Shown here in pieces: positions 1-9,686 of a DNA stretch of 54,716 bases. The position numbers were made by a program, and so were the translations under genes. This stretch comes from Candidatus Omnitrophota bacterium (GTDB taxonomy: Bacteria; Omnitrophota; Gorgyraeia; Gorgyraeales; Gorgyraeaceae). The stretch lies in the NCBI GenBank assembly GCA_003485765.1, contig DNHS01000035.1:11560-66275 (forward strand). Reading direction: 5' to 3'. The stretch's first letter is position 1; every line of letters starts with the position of its first letter. The notes beneath the pieces were generated by a model. It ran no database searches, had not been told where the DNA came from, and worked only from the letters and a program-made list of their open reading frames with translations.

Positions 1-897
1 CGGATGATGTTCGGCGTGAATAAAAGCCCTCTTGCCGGAAGGGACGGTAAATATGTTACTTCCAGAGCGCTTCGCGAAAGGCTTTTTAAAGAACTTGAGA
101 CAAACGTATCTTTGCGCATAGAGGAAACAGACAGCCCGGATACATTTCTTGTGTCAGGCAGGGGAGAATTGCATTTGGCAATTTTAATAGAAACCATGCG
201 GCGCGAAGGTTTTGAACTTCAGGTTTCTCAGCCGGAAGCTATTTTTATTGAAAAAGACGGAATAAAAATGGAGCCTTTTGAATTTTTAACCATTGAAGTC
301 CCTTCGGAATATCAGGGCGTGGTCATAGAGGAAGTAGGCAGGCGCAAGGCTCGTCTTAAAAATATGTTCCAGGGTTCAAAAAGCATTGTTTATTTTGAAT
401 ATGAAATTTCAACGCGAGCTGTAATAGGTTTAAAAGCCATGTTTATGACAAAAACGCGCGGGAATGCTATAATAAATCATGCATTCGATGAATATGAGCC
501 TATGGACGAAAGTCTTTCTTTTATCAATTCTCATGGTTCGTTAGTGTCTTCTGAAAAAGGCATTTCCACATCATACGCTCTCAATAATGCTCAGGAGCGC
601 GGTGAATTATTTATAGGCCCGAACGTTGGCGTTTACGAAGGCATGATTATCGGCCAGAATTCCAGGCCGGAAGACCTTGATATGAGCCCCTGTAAAACAA
701 AAAAACTTACCAATATGAGGGCTGCAGGTTCTGATGACGCTATTATACTTACGCCTCCCAAGGAAATGACCTTGGAACTTTCCATAGAATATCTCGGCAG
801 CGATGAGCTCCTGGAAGTGACCCCTAAAAATCTCAGGCTAAGAAAAAAGATCTTAGACCCATTAGTCCGTAAACGTTCAAAAAGAATAGCCAAATAG
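1..897 (+). CDS. typA: Translational GTPase TypA/BipA, C-terminal part (5' end outside window)
   Basis: [46 protein letters not shown] and [15 protein letters not shown] motifs. Confidence 0.97.
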   Translation, partial: RMMFGVNKSPLAGRDGKYVTSRALRERLFKELETNVSLRIEETDSPDTFLVSGRGELHLAILIETMRREGFELQVSQPEAIFIEKDGIKMEPFEFLTIEVPSEYQGVVIEEVGRRKARLKNMFQGSKSIVYFEYEISTRAVIGLKAMFMTKTRGNAIINHAFDEYEPMDESLSFINSHGSLVSSEKGISTSYALNNAQERGELFIGPNVGVYEGMIIGQNSRPEDLDMSPCKTKKLTNMRAAGSDDAIILTPPKEMTLELSIEYLGSDELLEVTPKNLRLRKKILDPLVRKRSKRIAK

Positions 898-1006
898 AAA
901 GTGGTCTTGACTGTTCCCGCTATTTTTAACATTGCTTATATTATCAAGAAGTAGTATCATATATTTACTAAGCCACAAAGGGTGGCAATGAAAGGAGGAG
1001 TGTAGT

Positions 1007-1177
1007 ATGAAAAATTTATCCAAATCATTTATAGTTATCGGCTGTTTTTTATTAGTTATAGCGGTACTTTCAAAATTTACATTTCCTATATTACGTAACG
1101 CGTTATCAATGAGGGCTATTGGTTTCGTGATTTTAGCAAATACTTCTTTTTTATTAGCTATTTTATTCAAGAAATAA
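1007..1177 (+). CDS. Small two-TM membrane protein, 56 aa (not in ORF track)
   Basis: RBS AAAGGAGGAG at 991-1000; ATG 1007 to TAA 1177; MKNLSKSFIVIGCFLLVIAVLSKF...IGFVILANTSFLLAILFKK has two hydrophobic segments. Confidence 0.7.
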   Translation: MKNLSKSFIVIGCFLLVIAVLSKFTFPILRNALSMRAIGFVILANTSFLLAILFKK

Positions 1178-1206
1178 CCTATTCTAACCTGGTTGGATTT
1201 TTCAGG

Positions 1207-2736
1207 TTACACCCACATATTCCTATCCAAACTCCTATATTGTATTGCTTCAGATACATGGTCAGGCCATATATCAGGTTTACCTTCCAGATCTGCGATA
1301 GTCCGCGAAACTCTCAGTATCTTGTCGTAACACCTGGCGCTGAAGCCAAGTTCAGTAATAGCTATTTTCAATAAATCCCTGCTTGCGTCATCTAGTTTGC
1401 AGTATCTTCTTGCGAGTTTGTGGCTCATCTGGGAATTCGCAAAAATACCCTCATCTTTAAACCTTGCAAGCTGTATCTCCCTTGCCTGCATTATCCTGCT
1501 CCGTATTACCTCTGATTTTTCTCCAGAACTTTCATCTGACAGGTCTTTATATTTTACAGAAGGCACTTCTATATGGATATCAATCCTGTCCAACAATGGC
1601 CCTGATACCTTTGACATATATTTTTGTATCTGATTTGGAGTACAATGACATTGTTTCTTGGTATCTGTAAGATATCCGCACGGGCAGGGGTTCATTGCGC
1701 AGACAAGCATAAATTTAGAAGGGAATCTTACAATGCTGTTTATTCTAGATACAGTTACATAGCCATCTTCAAGCGGCTGCCTTAATGCTTCCAGGACATT
1801 TCTGTGGAATTCAGGTAGTTCATCCATAAATAATACCCCATTATGAGCAAGGCTTACTTCCCCTGGCTTAGGAACAGTCCCGCCTCCGACCAAAGATATG
1901 TCAGAGGCAGTATGATGAGGGGTTCTAAAAGGCCTTGTTCGTATAATAGAGCTTTTTGCCGGGATAAGGCCTAATACGCTGTGAATCTTTGTAGTTTCCA
2001 AAGATTCTTCAATTGTCATTTCAGGGATTATTGTAGGAAGCCTTTTAGCGAGCATAGTTTTTCCACTGCCAGGAGGGCCAATCATTATTATATTATGGTT
2101 TCCAGAGCTTGCTATTTCCATTGCTCTTTTTGCTAAAAATTGGCCTTTTACATCTGAGAAATCCAATTCGTAATTCTGGATTTTTTCAAGTAAGATTTCT
2201 TTATCAGGGGAGAGAGGGGCAATTATGTCAATACCTTTTAAAAAATTAGATACATTACTAAGCGTGCTTACAGGATAAGTTTCTAAGCCTTCTACTATAC
2301 TTGCCTCGCGAGCATTTTCTTCAGGTAGAATTAGTTTTTTGCGAGAATTTTTCAAAGACATTGCTATTGGAAGCGCGCCTTTTATTGGCCTTATCTTCCC
2401 ATTTAAGGCAAGTTCGCCCAGAAATACAAAATCTTTAAGGATATTAAAATCTATCTGGCCTGACGCAGCAAGTATTCCTATTGCAATAGGCAGGTCAAAC
2501 GAAGGGCCTTCTTTTTTAATATCGCATGGAGCCAAATTTATGGTGATTTTTTCTGAAGGGTATTCAAACTGGCTATTTTTAATAGCTGCTTTTACCCTGT
2601 CCCTGGATTCTCTGATAGCAGCATCAGGAAGCCCGACTATCACCACATTTGGCAAGCCCCTTGTTATATCAACCTCGATTTCAATAGGCTTTGCCTCAAT
2701 GCCTATTGTTGCAGATGAAAATATCCTTGAAAGCAT
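1207..2736 (-). CDS. comM: YifB/ComM family Mg-chelatase-like AAA+ ATPase
   Basis: IVGLPDAAIRESRDRV, Walker A GPPGSGKT, PGEVSLAHNGVLFMDELPEF, AMNPCPCG, SGPLLDRID. Confidence 0.95.
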   Translation of the reverse strand: MLSRIFSSATIGIEAKPIEIEVDITRGLPNVVIVGLPDAAIRESRDRVKAAIKNSQFEYPSEKITINLAPCDIKKEGPSFDLPIAIGILAASGQIDFNILKDFVFLGELALNGKIRPIKGALPIAMSLKNSRKKLILPEENAREASIVEGLETYPVSTLSNVSNFLKGIDIIAPLSPDKEILLEKIQNYELDFSDVKGQFLAKRAMEIASSGNHNIIMIGPPGSGKTMLAKRLPTIIPEMTIEESLETTKIHSVLGLIPAKSSIIRTRPFRTPHHTASDISLVGGGTVPKPGEVSLAHNGVLFMDELPEFHRNVLEALRQPLEDGYVTVSRINSIVRFPSKFMLVCAMNPCPCGYLTDTKKQCHCTPNQIQKYMSKVSGPLLDRIDIHIEVPSVKYKDLSDESSGEKSEVIRSRIMQAREIQLARFKDEGIFANSQMSHKLARRYCKLDDASRDLLKIAITELGFSARCYDKILRVSRTIADLEGKPDIWPDHVSEAIQYRSLDRNMWV

Positions 2737-2926
2737 AATGCGTCTCCTTTTGGTTGAACAACTTTACACTTTTGACACTACCATATATGACACATCTCGA
2801 GGGGGTTTTCTTTCAAAAAAGTTACCAAAATAATGGGCTGGCTTGACAATTGGGGCCCTATAAGGTATACTTCATTACAAATAAATATAGTATATTATAA
2901 TCTATTATAAAGAAAGGTACTATTTT

Positions 2927-3784
2927 ATGAAAAAACAATACCTTCTTATTTTGTCCCTAATAATATCAATATGTTGCATAACAGCAAAATATGGCTTTGC
3001 TGCTACTGTAGGAAATGCGCTTGATCTAGATCTGCCTCAGAGATCAGCTGTATTGCGTCAAGAGATAGTAAAAGATACTTTGGATGAGTATGAACAGGCA
3101 GTTAAAATCAAAGGGTCGTTTGATATAGAATTTGTATTTGATAAAGATTTACATGTTAATCCTGATCTGACTAAAGCTGAAATAAAAGGTCAGTGGTATA
3201 TGGCTAAGTTTGGGATGACTATTTTAAATAGAGTGGAGCCGTATATTAAAATTGGCACATCTACTTTAGAAACAAGATGGAAACAAAGCGGCGCAACGGA
3301 AATAGAAGTGGGCGCTGACAATGGTTTTGCTTGGGGAGGCGGGTTAAAGGCTAATATAGTAGAATTTTCAGGTGGAGTTAGGTTAACAGGAGATTGGCAA
3401 TATAGAACTACTGAGCCTGATGTTAACGAAATTACTGTTAATGGAATTGCAGTAAATGATGCTGGAGCTACATTTAAAGTTGACGAATGGCAGGTAAGCC
3501 TTCTTTTGAGCAAAAAATTTGAAATCCCATTGAAATTGCAAAATATCTATATAGTGCCTTATACTGGCATAAGTTATGCTGATTCTAACGTAGATGTGAG
3601 TTTTCGTAATGCCAATAGTCCAACAGTAGATTACTCGCTTTTTGACGCAAATAATAAAAAACTTTATGGCTTTGTATTAGGATGCGATATTGTGCCCAGT
3701 TTAAGCAGTTCTTTTATTTACAGCATAGAGCTTAGGCTTGTGGATGAGACTGCATTGAGCTTAGGCGGCGCAATGAAGTTTTAA
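2927..3784 (+). CDS. Outer-membrane beta-barrel, chlamydial MOMP-like
   Basis: Signal peptide; VGN after cleavage site, EFVFDKDL, EWQVSLLLS, PYTGISY, ELRLVDETA...MKF with terminal Phe. Confidence 0.75.
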   Translation: MKKQYLLILSLIISICCITAKYGFAATVGNALDLDLPQRSAVLRQEIVKDTLDEYEQAVKIKGSFDIEFVFDKDLHVNPDLTKAEIKGQWYMAKFGMTILNRVEPYIKIGTSTLETRWKQSGATEIEVGADNGFAWGGGLKANIVEFSGGVRLTGDWQYRTTEPDVNEITVNGIAVNDAGATFKVDEWQVSLLLSKKFEIPLKLQNIYIVPYTGISYADSNVDVSFRNANSPTVDYSLFDANNKKLYGFVLGCDIVPSLSSSFIYSIELRLVDETALSLGGAMKF

Positions 3785-3796
3785 GGAGGCATAAGA

Positions 3797-4648
3797 ATGA
3801 GAAAAAATATTTTCATAATAACGATAATTTTATCATTATTTTTTACAGGTACTTCTTTTGCTCTAACTGTGGGCGGCCAGGCTGATATGAGCGTGCCTGA
3901 AGCGTCTTTCTTTTCAAAAGAAAGGGCTGTAGGAGATGCGTTGGATTCTTATGAATCAGAAGTAAAGATGAAGGCGGGTTTTGATGTAGAATTTATATTC
4001 AACAAAAGGCTCGCTACGTCTAGTGAGGATACAAATGTTAAATTAGAAGGCCAGAATATGAATTTTAAATTTTCAATGAATTATTCAGACGTATTAGAAC
4101 CATACGTAAAAATCGGAACATCTAACTTAAGGGTGAAATGGGGACAGAATGGGAAGAATGTCATAGTGGATGCTAAGCCAGGATTTGTATTAGGAGGAGG
4201 CATAAAGGCAAAGTTATGGCAATTTCCTGCTACAGGCATAAAATTGACTCTAGACGGCCAGTATAAAGATAGTCAATTGGATTTTGATACAGCTAAGATA
4301 GACGGTTCAACTTCAACGGCTTTTGTCACTAATGAGACATTTTATATAAAAGAGTGGCAGATAAGTTTATTGGCCAGTAAAAAATTCATATTTCCTATGG
4401 GTATGCAGGATTGTTATACTGTTCCATATATGGGCCTTACTTATTCAGATTCAGATGTTAATGTGCATTTTACACAGAGTACATCAGGTTTGCTTTATTC
4501 TACTTATAATGCAGGGGATAAGAGCCCTATAGGCCTTGTTTTCGGGTGCGATATAATACCTTCTCTTTCGAGCTGGTACTTGTATAGCTTTGAATTAAGG
4601 CTTATTAACGAGATAGCCTTTACATTGTCAGGCACGATGAAGTTTTAA
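3797..4648 (+). CDS. Outer-membrane beta-barrel, MOMP-like tandem paralog
   Basis: Colinear with previous ORF (EFIFNKRL, EPYVKIGTS, EWQISLLASKKF, ELRLINE...MKF); RBS AAGGAGG. Confidence 0.75.
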   Translation: MRKNIFIITIILSLFFTGTSFALTVGGQADMSVPEASFFSKERAVGDALDSYESEVKMKAGFDVEFIFNKRLATSSEDTNVKLEGQNMNFKFSMNYSDVLEPYVKIGTSNLRVKWGQNGKNVIVDAKPGFVLGGGIKAKLWQFPATGIKLTLDGQYKDSQLDFDTAKIDGSTSTAFVTNETFYIKEWQISLLASKKFIFPMGMQDCYTVPYMGLTYSDSDVNVHFTQSTSGLLYSTYNAGDKSPIGLVFGCDIIPSLSSWYLYSFELRLINEIAFTLSGTMKF

Positions 4649-4731
4649 ATCCTTTTCTTTTTACTTGCCATAAGCCCTATCTATTATATATAATAAGAAA
4701 TTAACATATGGGATTAGGTTGAGGAGGCAAT

Positions 4732-5169
4732 GTGGGGTATTTTGCCAAGAATCCGGTATTTTTTACAGCGCTTATGGCATGGCTTGTAGCTCAGACTATA
4801 AAGGTTGCAATAGGAGTTATACGCGAAAAGAAGTTTAATTTCAGATGGTTTGTCGGGGCAGGCGGTATGCCTAGCTCTCACGCAGCTACTGTATCAGCTC
4901 TTGCTACAGCAGTAGGACTTACATATGGTTTTACGTCTCCTTTTTTCGCAATCGCGTTTTTCTTTGCGTTTATAACAATGTTTGACGCGCAAGGTGTGAG
5001 GCGTCAGAGTGGGCATCAGGCAGAGGCCCTTAATCAAATTATAGAGGACATATACCTAAATAAAGGCATTCAACAGGAAAGACTGAAGGAATTATTGGGG
5101 CATACGCCTATACAGGTATTTATAGGCGCTGCAATAGGAATTCTTGTAGCTCTTTTTTGTTATCGCTAA
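4732..5169 (+). CDS. Divergent PAP2 family membrane protein (DUF212)
   Basis: GGMPSSHAA, MFDAQGVRRQSG, LKELLGHTP motifs. Confidence 0.92.
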   Translation: MGYFAKNPVFFTALMAWLVAQTIKVAIGVIREKKFNFRWFVGAGGMPSSHAATVSALATAVGLTYGFTSPFFAIAFFFAFITMFDAQGVRRQSGHQAEALNQIIEDIYLNKGIQQERLKELLGHTPIQVFIGAAIGILVALFCYR

Positions 5170-5183
5170 GGAGGGGAGGCAAG

Positions 5184-6077
5184 GTGAACAGGATATTGAC
5201 TGGGGTTGGCATAGGGCTTGCGGGAATAGGCTTAATAATATTAGTTATATTCGGCATGAAAAATTTAGGCAATAATGTGGATGTTAAGCCCATAGAGGCG
5301 CTTATTAAAGACAGTAAGTTGGATGAAGCAAAGATAATCATAGATCAGATAGCAGAAAAAAAACCTGATGCTAAAGCCCTTGGAAAAATATATTTTGAAC
5401 TAGCAGGTTCTTATGAAAATAAAAATGATATAGTAAAAGCAAGGGATTTATACCAGCTCATCCTGAAAAAATACCAGAATGTAGAAAACATTTCAGAGGT
5501 TCAGGACAAGATGGGCAAGCTTAATATCGCTATTCTTTTCTCCAAGGTCGTAACTGATAAGGATACGCTTTATGTAATAGAGCCAGGCGATACGCTTATA
5601 AATATTGCAAAAAAGTTCAAAACTACAGTTGATCTTATAAAGATGGCTAATTCTCTAAAAAGCGAAAATATAAAAGCCAGGGGAAAATTAAAGATTTCAA
5701 AAGCAAAATATAAAATACTGGTTGATAAATCTCAGAATATATTAACGCTTCTGAGCGATGATGATATCATAAAGGTTTACCGCGTTTCAACGGGAGAAAA
5801 TAACTGTACCCCTGTTGGGAATTTCAAGATAGTGAATAAGATCATAGACCCTGTATGGTATACAGAGAAGGCAATGGTGCCAGCGGAGAGTCCCGATAAT
5901 GTGCTTGGTTCAAGATGGATGGGGTTTAACTTGCCGGGTTATGGCATTCATGGCACAGTCTCTCCGGAAAAGATAGGACAGCAGGCTACAAAGGGATGCG
6001 TAAGGATGATTAATGCTGAAGTAGAAGAGCTTTATAAGATAGTCCCTGTAGGCACTGAAGTTACGATAGTGGATTAA
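5184..6077 (+). CDS. Membrane-anchored TPR-LysM L,D-transpeptidase (YkuD)
   Basis: GTG start after GGAGG; TM segment; Lys[10 protein letters not shown]; catalytic YGIHGT...ATKGCVRM. Confidence 0.92.
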   Translation: MNRILTGVGIGLAGIGLIILVIFGMKNLGNNVDVKPIEALIKDSKLDEAKIIIDQIAEKKPDAKALGKIYFELAGSYENKNDIVKARDLYQLILKKYQNVENISEVQDKMGKLNIAILFSKVVTDKDTLYVIEPGDTLINIAKKFKTTVDLIKMANSLKSENIKARGKLKISKAKYKILVDKSQNILTLLSDDDIIKVYRVSTGENNCTPVGNFKIVNKIIDPVWYTEKAMVPAESPDNVLGSRWMGFNLPGYGIHGTVSPEKIGQQATKGCVRMINAEVEELYKIVPVGTEVTIVD

Positions 6078-6088
6078 ACGAGGAGATA

Positions 6089-7042
6089 ATGTCCAGCATA
6101 GTATTGGATTTCGAAAGGCCCATATTAGAATTAGAGCGTAAGATAAATGAACTGAAATCTCTTGCTTCAGACGGAAGCATTGATCTTGAAGAGGAGATCA
6201 AGACTCTTGAGGCAAGGCTTGAGAAATTAAAAAAAGAAGTGTTCGAGGCTCTCACCCCATGGCAGAGAGTCCAGATAGCGAGGCATCCCAAGAGGCCGTA
6301 CACAATGGATTATATAAATATGACAATGATGGATTTTGTTGAAATCCATGGCGACAGGATGTTCAGCGATGATAAAGCCATGATAGGCGGGTTTGCGAAG
6401 ATTGATGGAGAGAAGGTGCTTGTTATAGGCCATCAAAAAGGCAGGGATACGAAAGAGAATATTATAAGGAGTTTTGGCAGCGCGCATCCTGAAGGATACC
6501 GCAAGGCAATAAGGCTGATGGAGCTTGCCAATAAATTTGATATTCCGATAGTTACTTTTATTGATACGCCCGGCGCATATCCAGGAATAGGGGCAGAGGA
6601 ACGCGGCCAGGCAAATTCAATAGCTTATAATTTAAGGGAGATGATGCTTTTAAAAGTGCCTATAATTGTTGTTGTGATAGGAGAAGGCGGGAGCGGAGGG
6701 GCTCTTGGCATAGGAGTAGGCGACAGAGTCTATGTAATGGAAAATGCGTATTATTCTGTAATATCTCCTGAGGGCTGCGCTGCAATTCTTTGGAAAGACA
6801 GATTAAAGGCTCCTGAGGCAGCAGAGGTATTAAAACTTACCGCAAAAAATCTTCTTGGCCTAGGTCTTATTGATGAAGAAATCCCAGAGCCTCTAGGCGG
6901 AGCCCATAGGGATCCAGAAAAGGCAGCTCAGGCGATAAAAAAGGTTATTAAGAAAGCATTAAAGGAATTAAAATCAATCCCGAAAGAAGAGCTTCTAAAA
7001 CTCCGCTACGAAAAATTCAGGAAGATGGGGGCTGTGGTATAA
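6089..7042 (+). CDS. accA: Acetyl-CoA carboxylase carboxyltransferase alpha
   Basis: [51 protein letters not shown]. Confidence 0.98.
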   Translation: MSSIVLDFERPILELERKINELKSLASDGSIDLEEEIKTLEARLEKLKKEVFEALTPWQRVQIARHPKRPYTMDYINMTMMDFVEIHGDRMFSDDKAMIGGFAKIDGEKVLVIGHQKGRDTKENIIRSFGSAHPEGYRKAIRLMELANKFDIPIVTFIDTPGAYPGIGAEERGQANSIAYNLREMMLLKVPIIVVVIGEGGSGGALGIGVGDRVYVMENAYYSVISPEGCAAILWKDRLKAPEAAEVLKLTAKNLLGLGLIDEEIPEPLGGAHRDPEKAAQAIKKVIKKALKELKSIPKEELLKLRYEKFRKMGAVV

Positions 7043-7044
7043 TT

Positions 7045-7132
7045 GCCGGGGTGGCGGAATTGGCTGACGCGCACGACTCAAAATCGTGTGAGGTGACCCC
7101 TCGTGTGGGTTCAACTCCCACCCCCGGCACCA
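7045..7132 (+). tRNA. tRNA-Leu(CAA)
   Basis: GCCGGGG/CCCCGGC acceptor stem with encoded CCA; anticodon arm CACGA-CTCAAAA-TCGTG; long variable arm; GGTTCAACTCC T arm. Confidence 0.96.
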
Positions 7133-7226
7133 TGAACCACTCGCTAAAAATTAGATGTTAAAAATAGTTTTTGCTTGAGTTCATGGCAAGCCAAATTCTT
7201 TTATTTTGCAGGAAACTAAAGATATA

Positions 7227-7245
7227 TGGTGCGGAAGGAGGGAGT
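7227..7245 (-). repeat. att core: duplicate of tRNA-Leu(CAG) 3' end (distal)
   Basis: 19-bp identity to 14048-14066; followed by short direct repeats TCTTACCAGA x2 and CTACAATA x2. Confidence 0.88.
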
Positions 7246-7417
7246 TTATTTAAGGGTTTTCGCATAACCCTAAATAGTACGGCAGATTAAGGCGTAAGTT
7301 GTTGATTTTATAGGAATTACCACTTCTTTCCAGATCTTACCAGAGTTAGCTGTGTCTTACCAGATTTACCCCTCAGCTCCTACAATATTACTACAATAAT
7401 TCTTTAAGAGAACCCTG

Positions 7418-7474
7418 TTGCTAATCCGTATAAAGTGTATATACTTATTCATAAGTATTGATAGTTTATACGGA
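7418..7474 (+). promoter_or_regulatory. Promoter with AbiEi-type long inverted-repeat operator
   Basis: 24-bp arms 7425-7448 / 7451-7474 (20/24 complementary) overlapping TTGCTA-N16-TATACT. Confidence 0.65.
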
Positions 7475-7590
7475 GTGCATTATTTTCAGAACTATGACAA
7501 GGGGCAAGATTTTTATTGACATATGGGAAAAGTGTGATATTTTAGATATGTATAAATGTTAATCGGTTGTTCCTCCAGGAGGTACTTTCT

Positions 7591-8385
7591 ATGAACAGAA
7601 ATACAGTAAGCGCCCTTAGCCAAAAAGAGGCTGAAATTGTCGCACGTTTATCGTATGAGGAAAAAAATATTGTAACAGCTAAAGAGCTAGATTCTTATTT
7701 GCCTGTAGATTTTCAGTACAGAAGGAAATTAGTTTATAGTCTTAAGAAAAAACGGATATTGATTACAATAAAAGGCGGAGTTTATATATTTGTGCCTTTA
7801 GAATCTGTGCCAACCGGACGCCGCGTCAGCGAATTTCTAATCCCGCCTATTTTCTTTCCCAAAAATAACTACTATGTCGGCTATTCAACGATGTTTAATT
7901 ACTATAACTTTACCGATCAGCAGTTTCAGGCAGTGTATGTGCTAAATACGACACTTTCCAGGGAAAGAACAATCGCCGGATTATCTTTTAAATTTACAAA
8001 AATCCCTTCCAACAGGCTTTATGGGTTAGAGAAAATAAACATCAAAGGCGGAGAGGTTATTGTCAGCTCGAAGGAAAGGACACTGGTAGATCTGATTTAC
8101 TATAATAAACCAGTGGGCGGTATTGAGGCGGCCATAGAGATATTTGGACGGTTTGTGAAAGAAAAGAAATGCGATATTAAGAAACTGATTGAATATACCA
8201 TACGGTTTCCCAAAATTAAAACGAGAAAGCGAATAGGGCTTATTCTTGAAAAAGCAGGCGTATCTGATTCAATATTGAAGCCGCTTGAAAAAAGCGTAAA
8301 GAATACATCGCTGATTTCGTTTTCAAACTCCCGCAAAGGAACAAAAAATGAAAGATGGAGAGTCATTGTTAATCCACAAAGATAA
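7591..8385 (+). CDS. abiEi: Type IV TA antitoxin, AbiEi family
   Basis: ATG after GGAGG; wHTH N-terminus (IKGGVY), YYVGYSTMFNYYNFTDQ, SSKERTLVD; overlaps toxin gene. Confidence 0.85.
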   Translation: MNRNTVSALSQKEAEIVARLSYEEKNIVTAKELDSYLPVDFQYRRKLVYSLKKKRILITIKGGVYIFVPLESVPTGRRVSEFLIPPIFFPKNNYYVGYSTMFNYYNFTDQQFQAVYVLNTTLSRERTIAGLSFKFTKIPSNRLYGLEKINIKGGEVIVSSKERTLVDLIYYNKPVGGIEAAIEIFGRFVKEKKCDIKKLIEYTIRFPKIKTRKRIGLILEKAGVSDSILKPLEKSVKNTSLISFSNSRKGTKNERWRVIVNPQR

Positions 8386-9247
8386 AGACAAATTTCTTAA
8401 ATTAGTAGATAGAACCGCAACGCTCACAGGTTTTTACGCGCCTCTCACGGAAAAGGATTATTATCTGACGCTCATTCTTTCGCGGATAAATGAACTTTCA
8501 GATAACCTGATTTTTAAAGGCGGGACATGCCTTAATAAGATTTACTATTCTTATTATCGTTTGAGCGAAGACTTGGACTTTAGTATCCGGCTGCCGGACT
8601 ATACGACAACGCGCGGTAATAGGCGAAAATGCATTGAACCAATAAAAAATAATATCGAGGATTTTGCAAAGCAGCTTGATATGCGCATAGAAGGCGCCGA
8701 GAATGCGGGCCGCAACGAGTCAAAACAGTATGTTTATTACTTTGTGTATGACCCTGTGACAATGCCATCGGAGCAAACAGTTAAATTTGAGATCGGACTT
8801 CGCTTTAACCCTATTCTTGAAACAGAAATGCGGCTGGTTCAGCACAAATTTTTGCATCCGTTTACCGGTGAACCTTTATTTGACGGGGGAAAAGTTAATT
8901 GCCTGTCGCTTAATGAAATTGTTAGCGAGAAACTGCGCGCCGCGGCCCTTAGATTGACCATTGCTCCGCGCGACTTTTATGACCTCGATTTTATTTTGCG
9001 CAATGGCTTCGATTTGGAGGATAAAAAAGTTATGGAGCTCTTTAAAAAGAAGATCGAAGAAGATAACGGAGATACTGACCTTAAAAAGTACCGAGTCAAT
9101 CTTGGCCGTTCGGATGCTGAAATCAAGGATATGCGCTCGAGAATCGAGAATGAATTATTTGATGTCTTGACTCCGAACGAACGTGAGAATTTTGACCTCG
9201 ATACTGCTCTTAAAAGGATTAATAGAGCGATGGGAGCGTTTAAATGA
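8348..9247 (+). CDS. abiEii: Type IV TA toxin, AbiEii/AbiGii nucleotidyltransferase
   Basis: EKDYY, FKGGTCL, RLSEDLDF, EKLRAA, PRDFYDL. Confidence 0.92.
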   Translation: MKDGESLLIHKDKDKFLKLVDRTATLTGFYAPLTEKDYYLTLILSRINELSDNLIFKGGTCLNKIYYSYYRLSEDLDFSIRLPDYTTTRGNRRKCIEPIKNNIEDFAKQLDMRIEGAENAGRNESKQYVYYFVYDPVTMPSEQTVKFEIGLRFNPILETEMRLVQHKFLHPFTGEPLFDGGKVNCLSLNEIVSEKLRAAALRLTIAPRDFYDLDFILRNGFDLEDKKVMELFKKKIEEDNGDTDLKKYRVNLGRSDAEIKDMRSRIENELFDVLTPNERENFDLDTALKRINRAMGAFK

Positions 9248-9405
9248 TAGTGTGAAGGGCAATGCGGAAGCGTTATTAGAGTTAGCCCGAGAATTTAATC
9301 TTAAAATATAAGAGCCGTAGCCGCGTTGTTTTTGTCCTTCGACGCGCTCGCCAATTGTAAAGATAGGGCTTGCTTGCTCAGGACAAATTCGCCAGAGGCA
9401 AATTC

Positions 9406-9421
9406 GGTGCGGAAGGAGGGA
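9406..9421 (-). repeat. att core: duplicate of tRNA-Leu(CAG) 3' end (internal)
   Basis: GGTGCGGAAGGAGGGA identical to 14049-14064. Confidence 0.85.
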
Positions 9422-9459
9422 TGGAATACGTAAAAACCCTGATTTACGCACAAATTTCA

Positions 9460-9574
9460 TAACCCCTTAAAAAGTCAAAGTTTAATTACCTTTAGTTGCG
9501 TTCAGTTACTTCCAGTTACGTAGCTATTTTGGACAAGATTTTGACACTTTGCGTGCCAAAAGCGTGCCAGGATT
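9460..9574 (+). repeat. ~115-bp att-arm-like repeat, copy 1
   Basis: Aligns to 12201-12314; four 10-bp-period TTYAGTTRC-like units and GCGTGCCA x2 at 11-bp spacing. Confidence 0.88.
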
Positions 9575-9686
9575 TGCAAAGATTTTACTTGTATAAAAGT
9601 ACTTTTTATGGTACAATTTATAACAAAAATAAATAAATCAAAATTAGCCTTATAACCAAAGGAAAAGCTGTTTTTTTGTCTAAATT

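Noticed and set aside
633-2833. Shadow ORFs such as 633-932, 877-1170, 1397-1670, 2339-2833, and similar short overlapping ORFs across the window
   Set aside because: They overlap well-supported genes in another frame or strand, with no motifs or RBS
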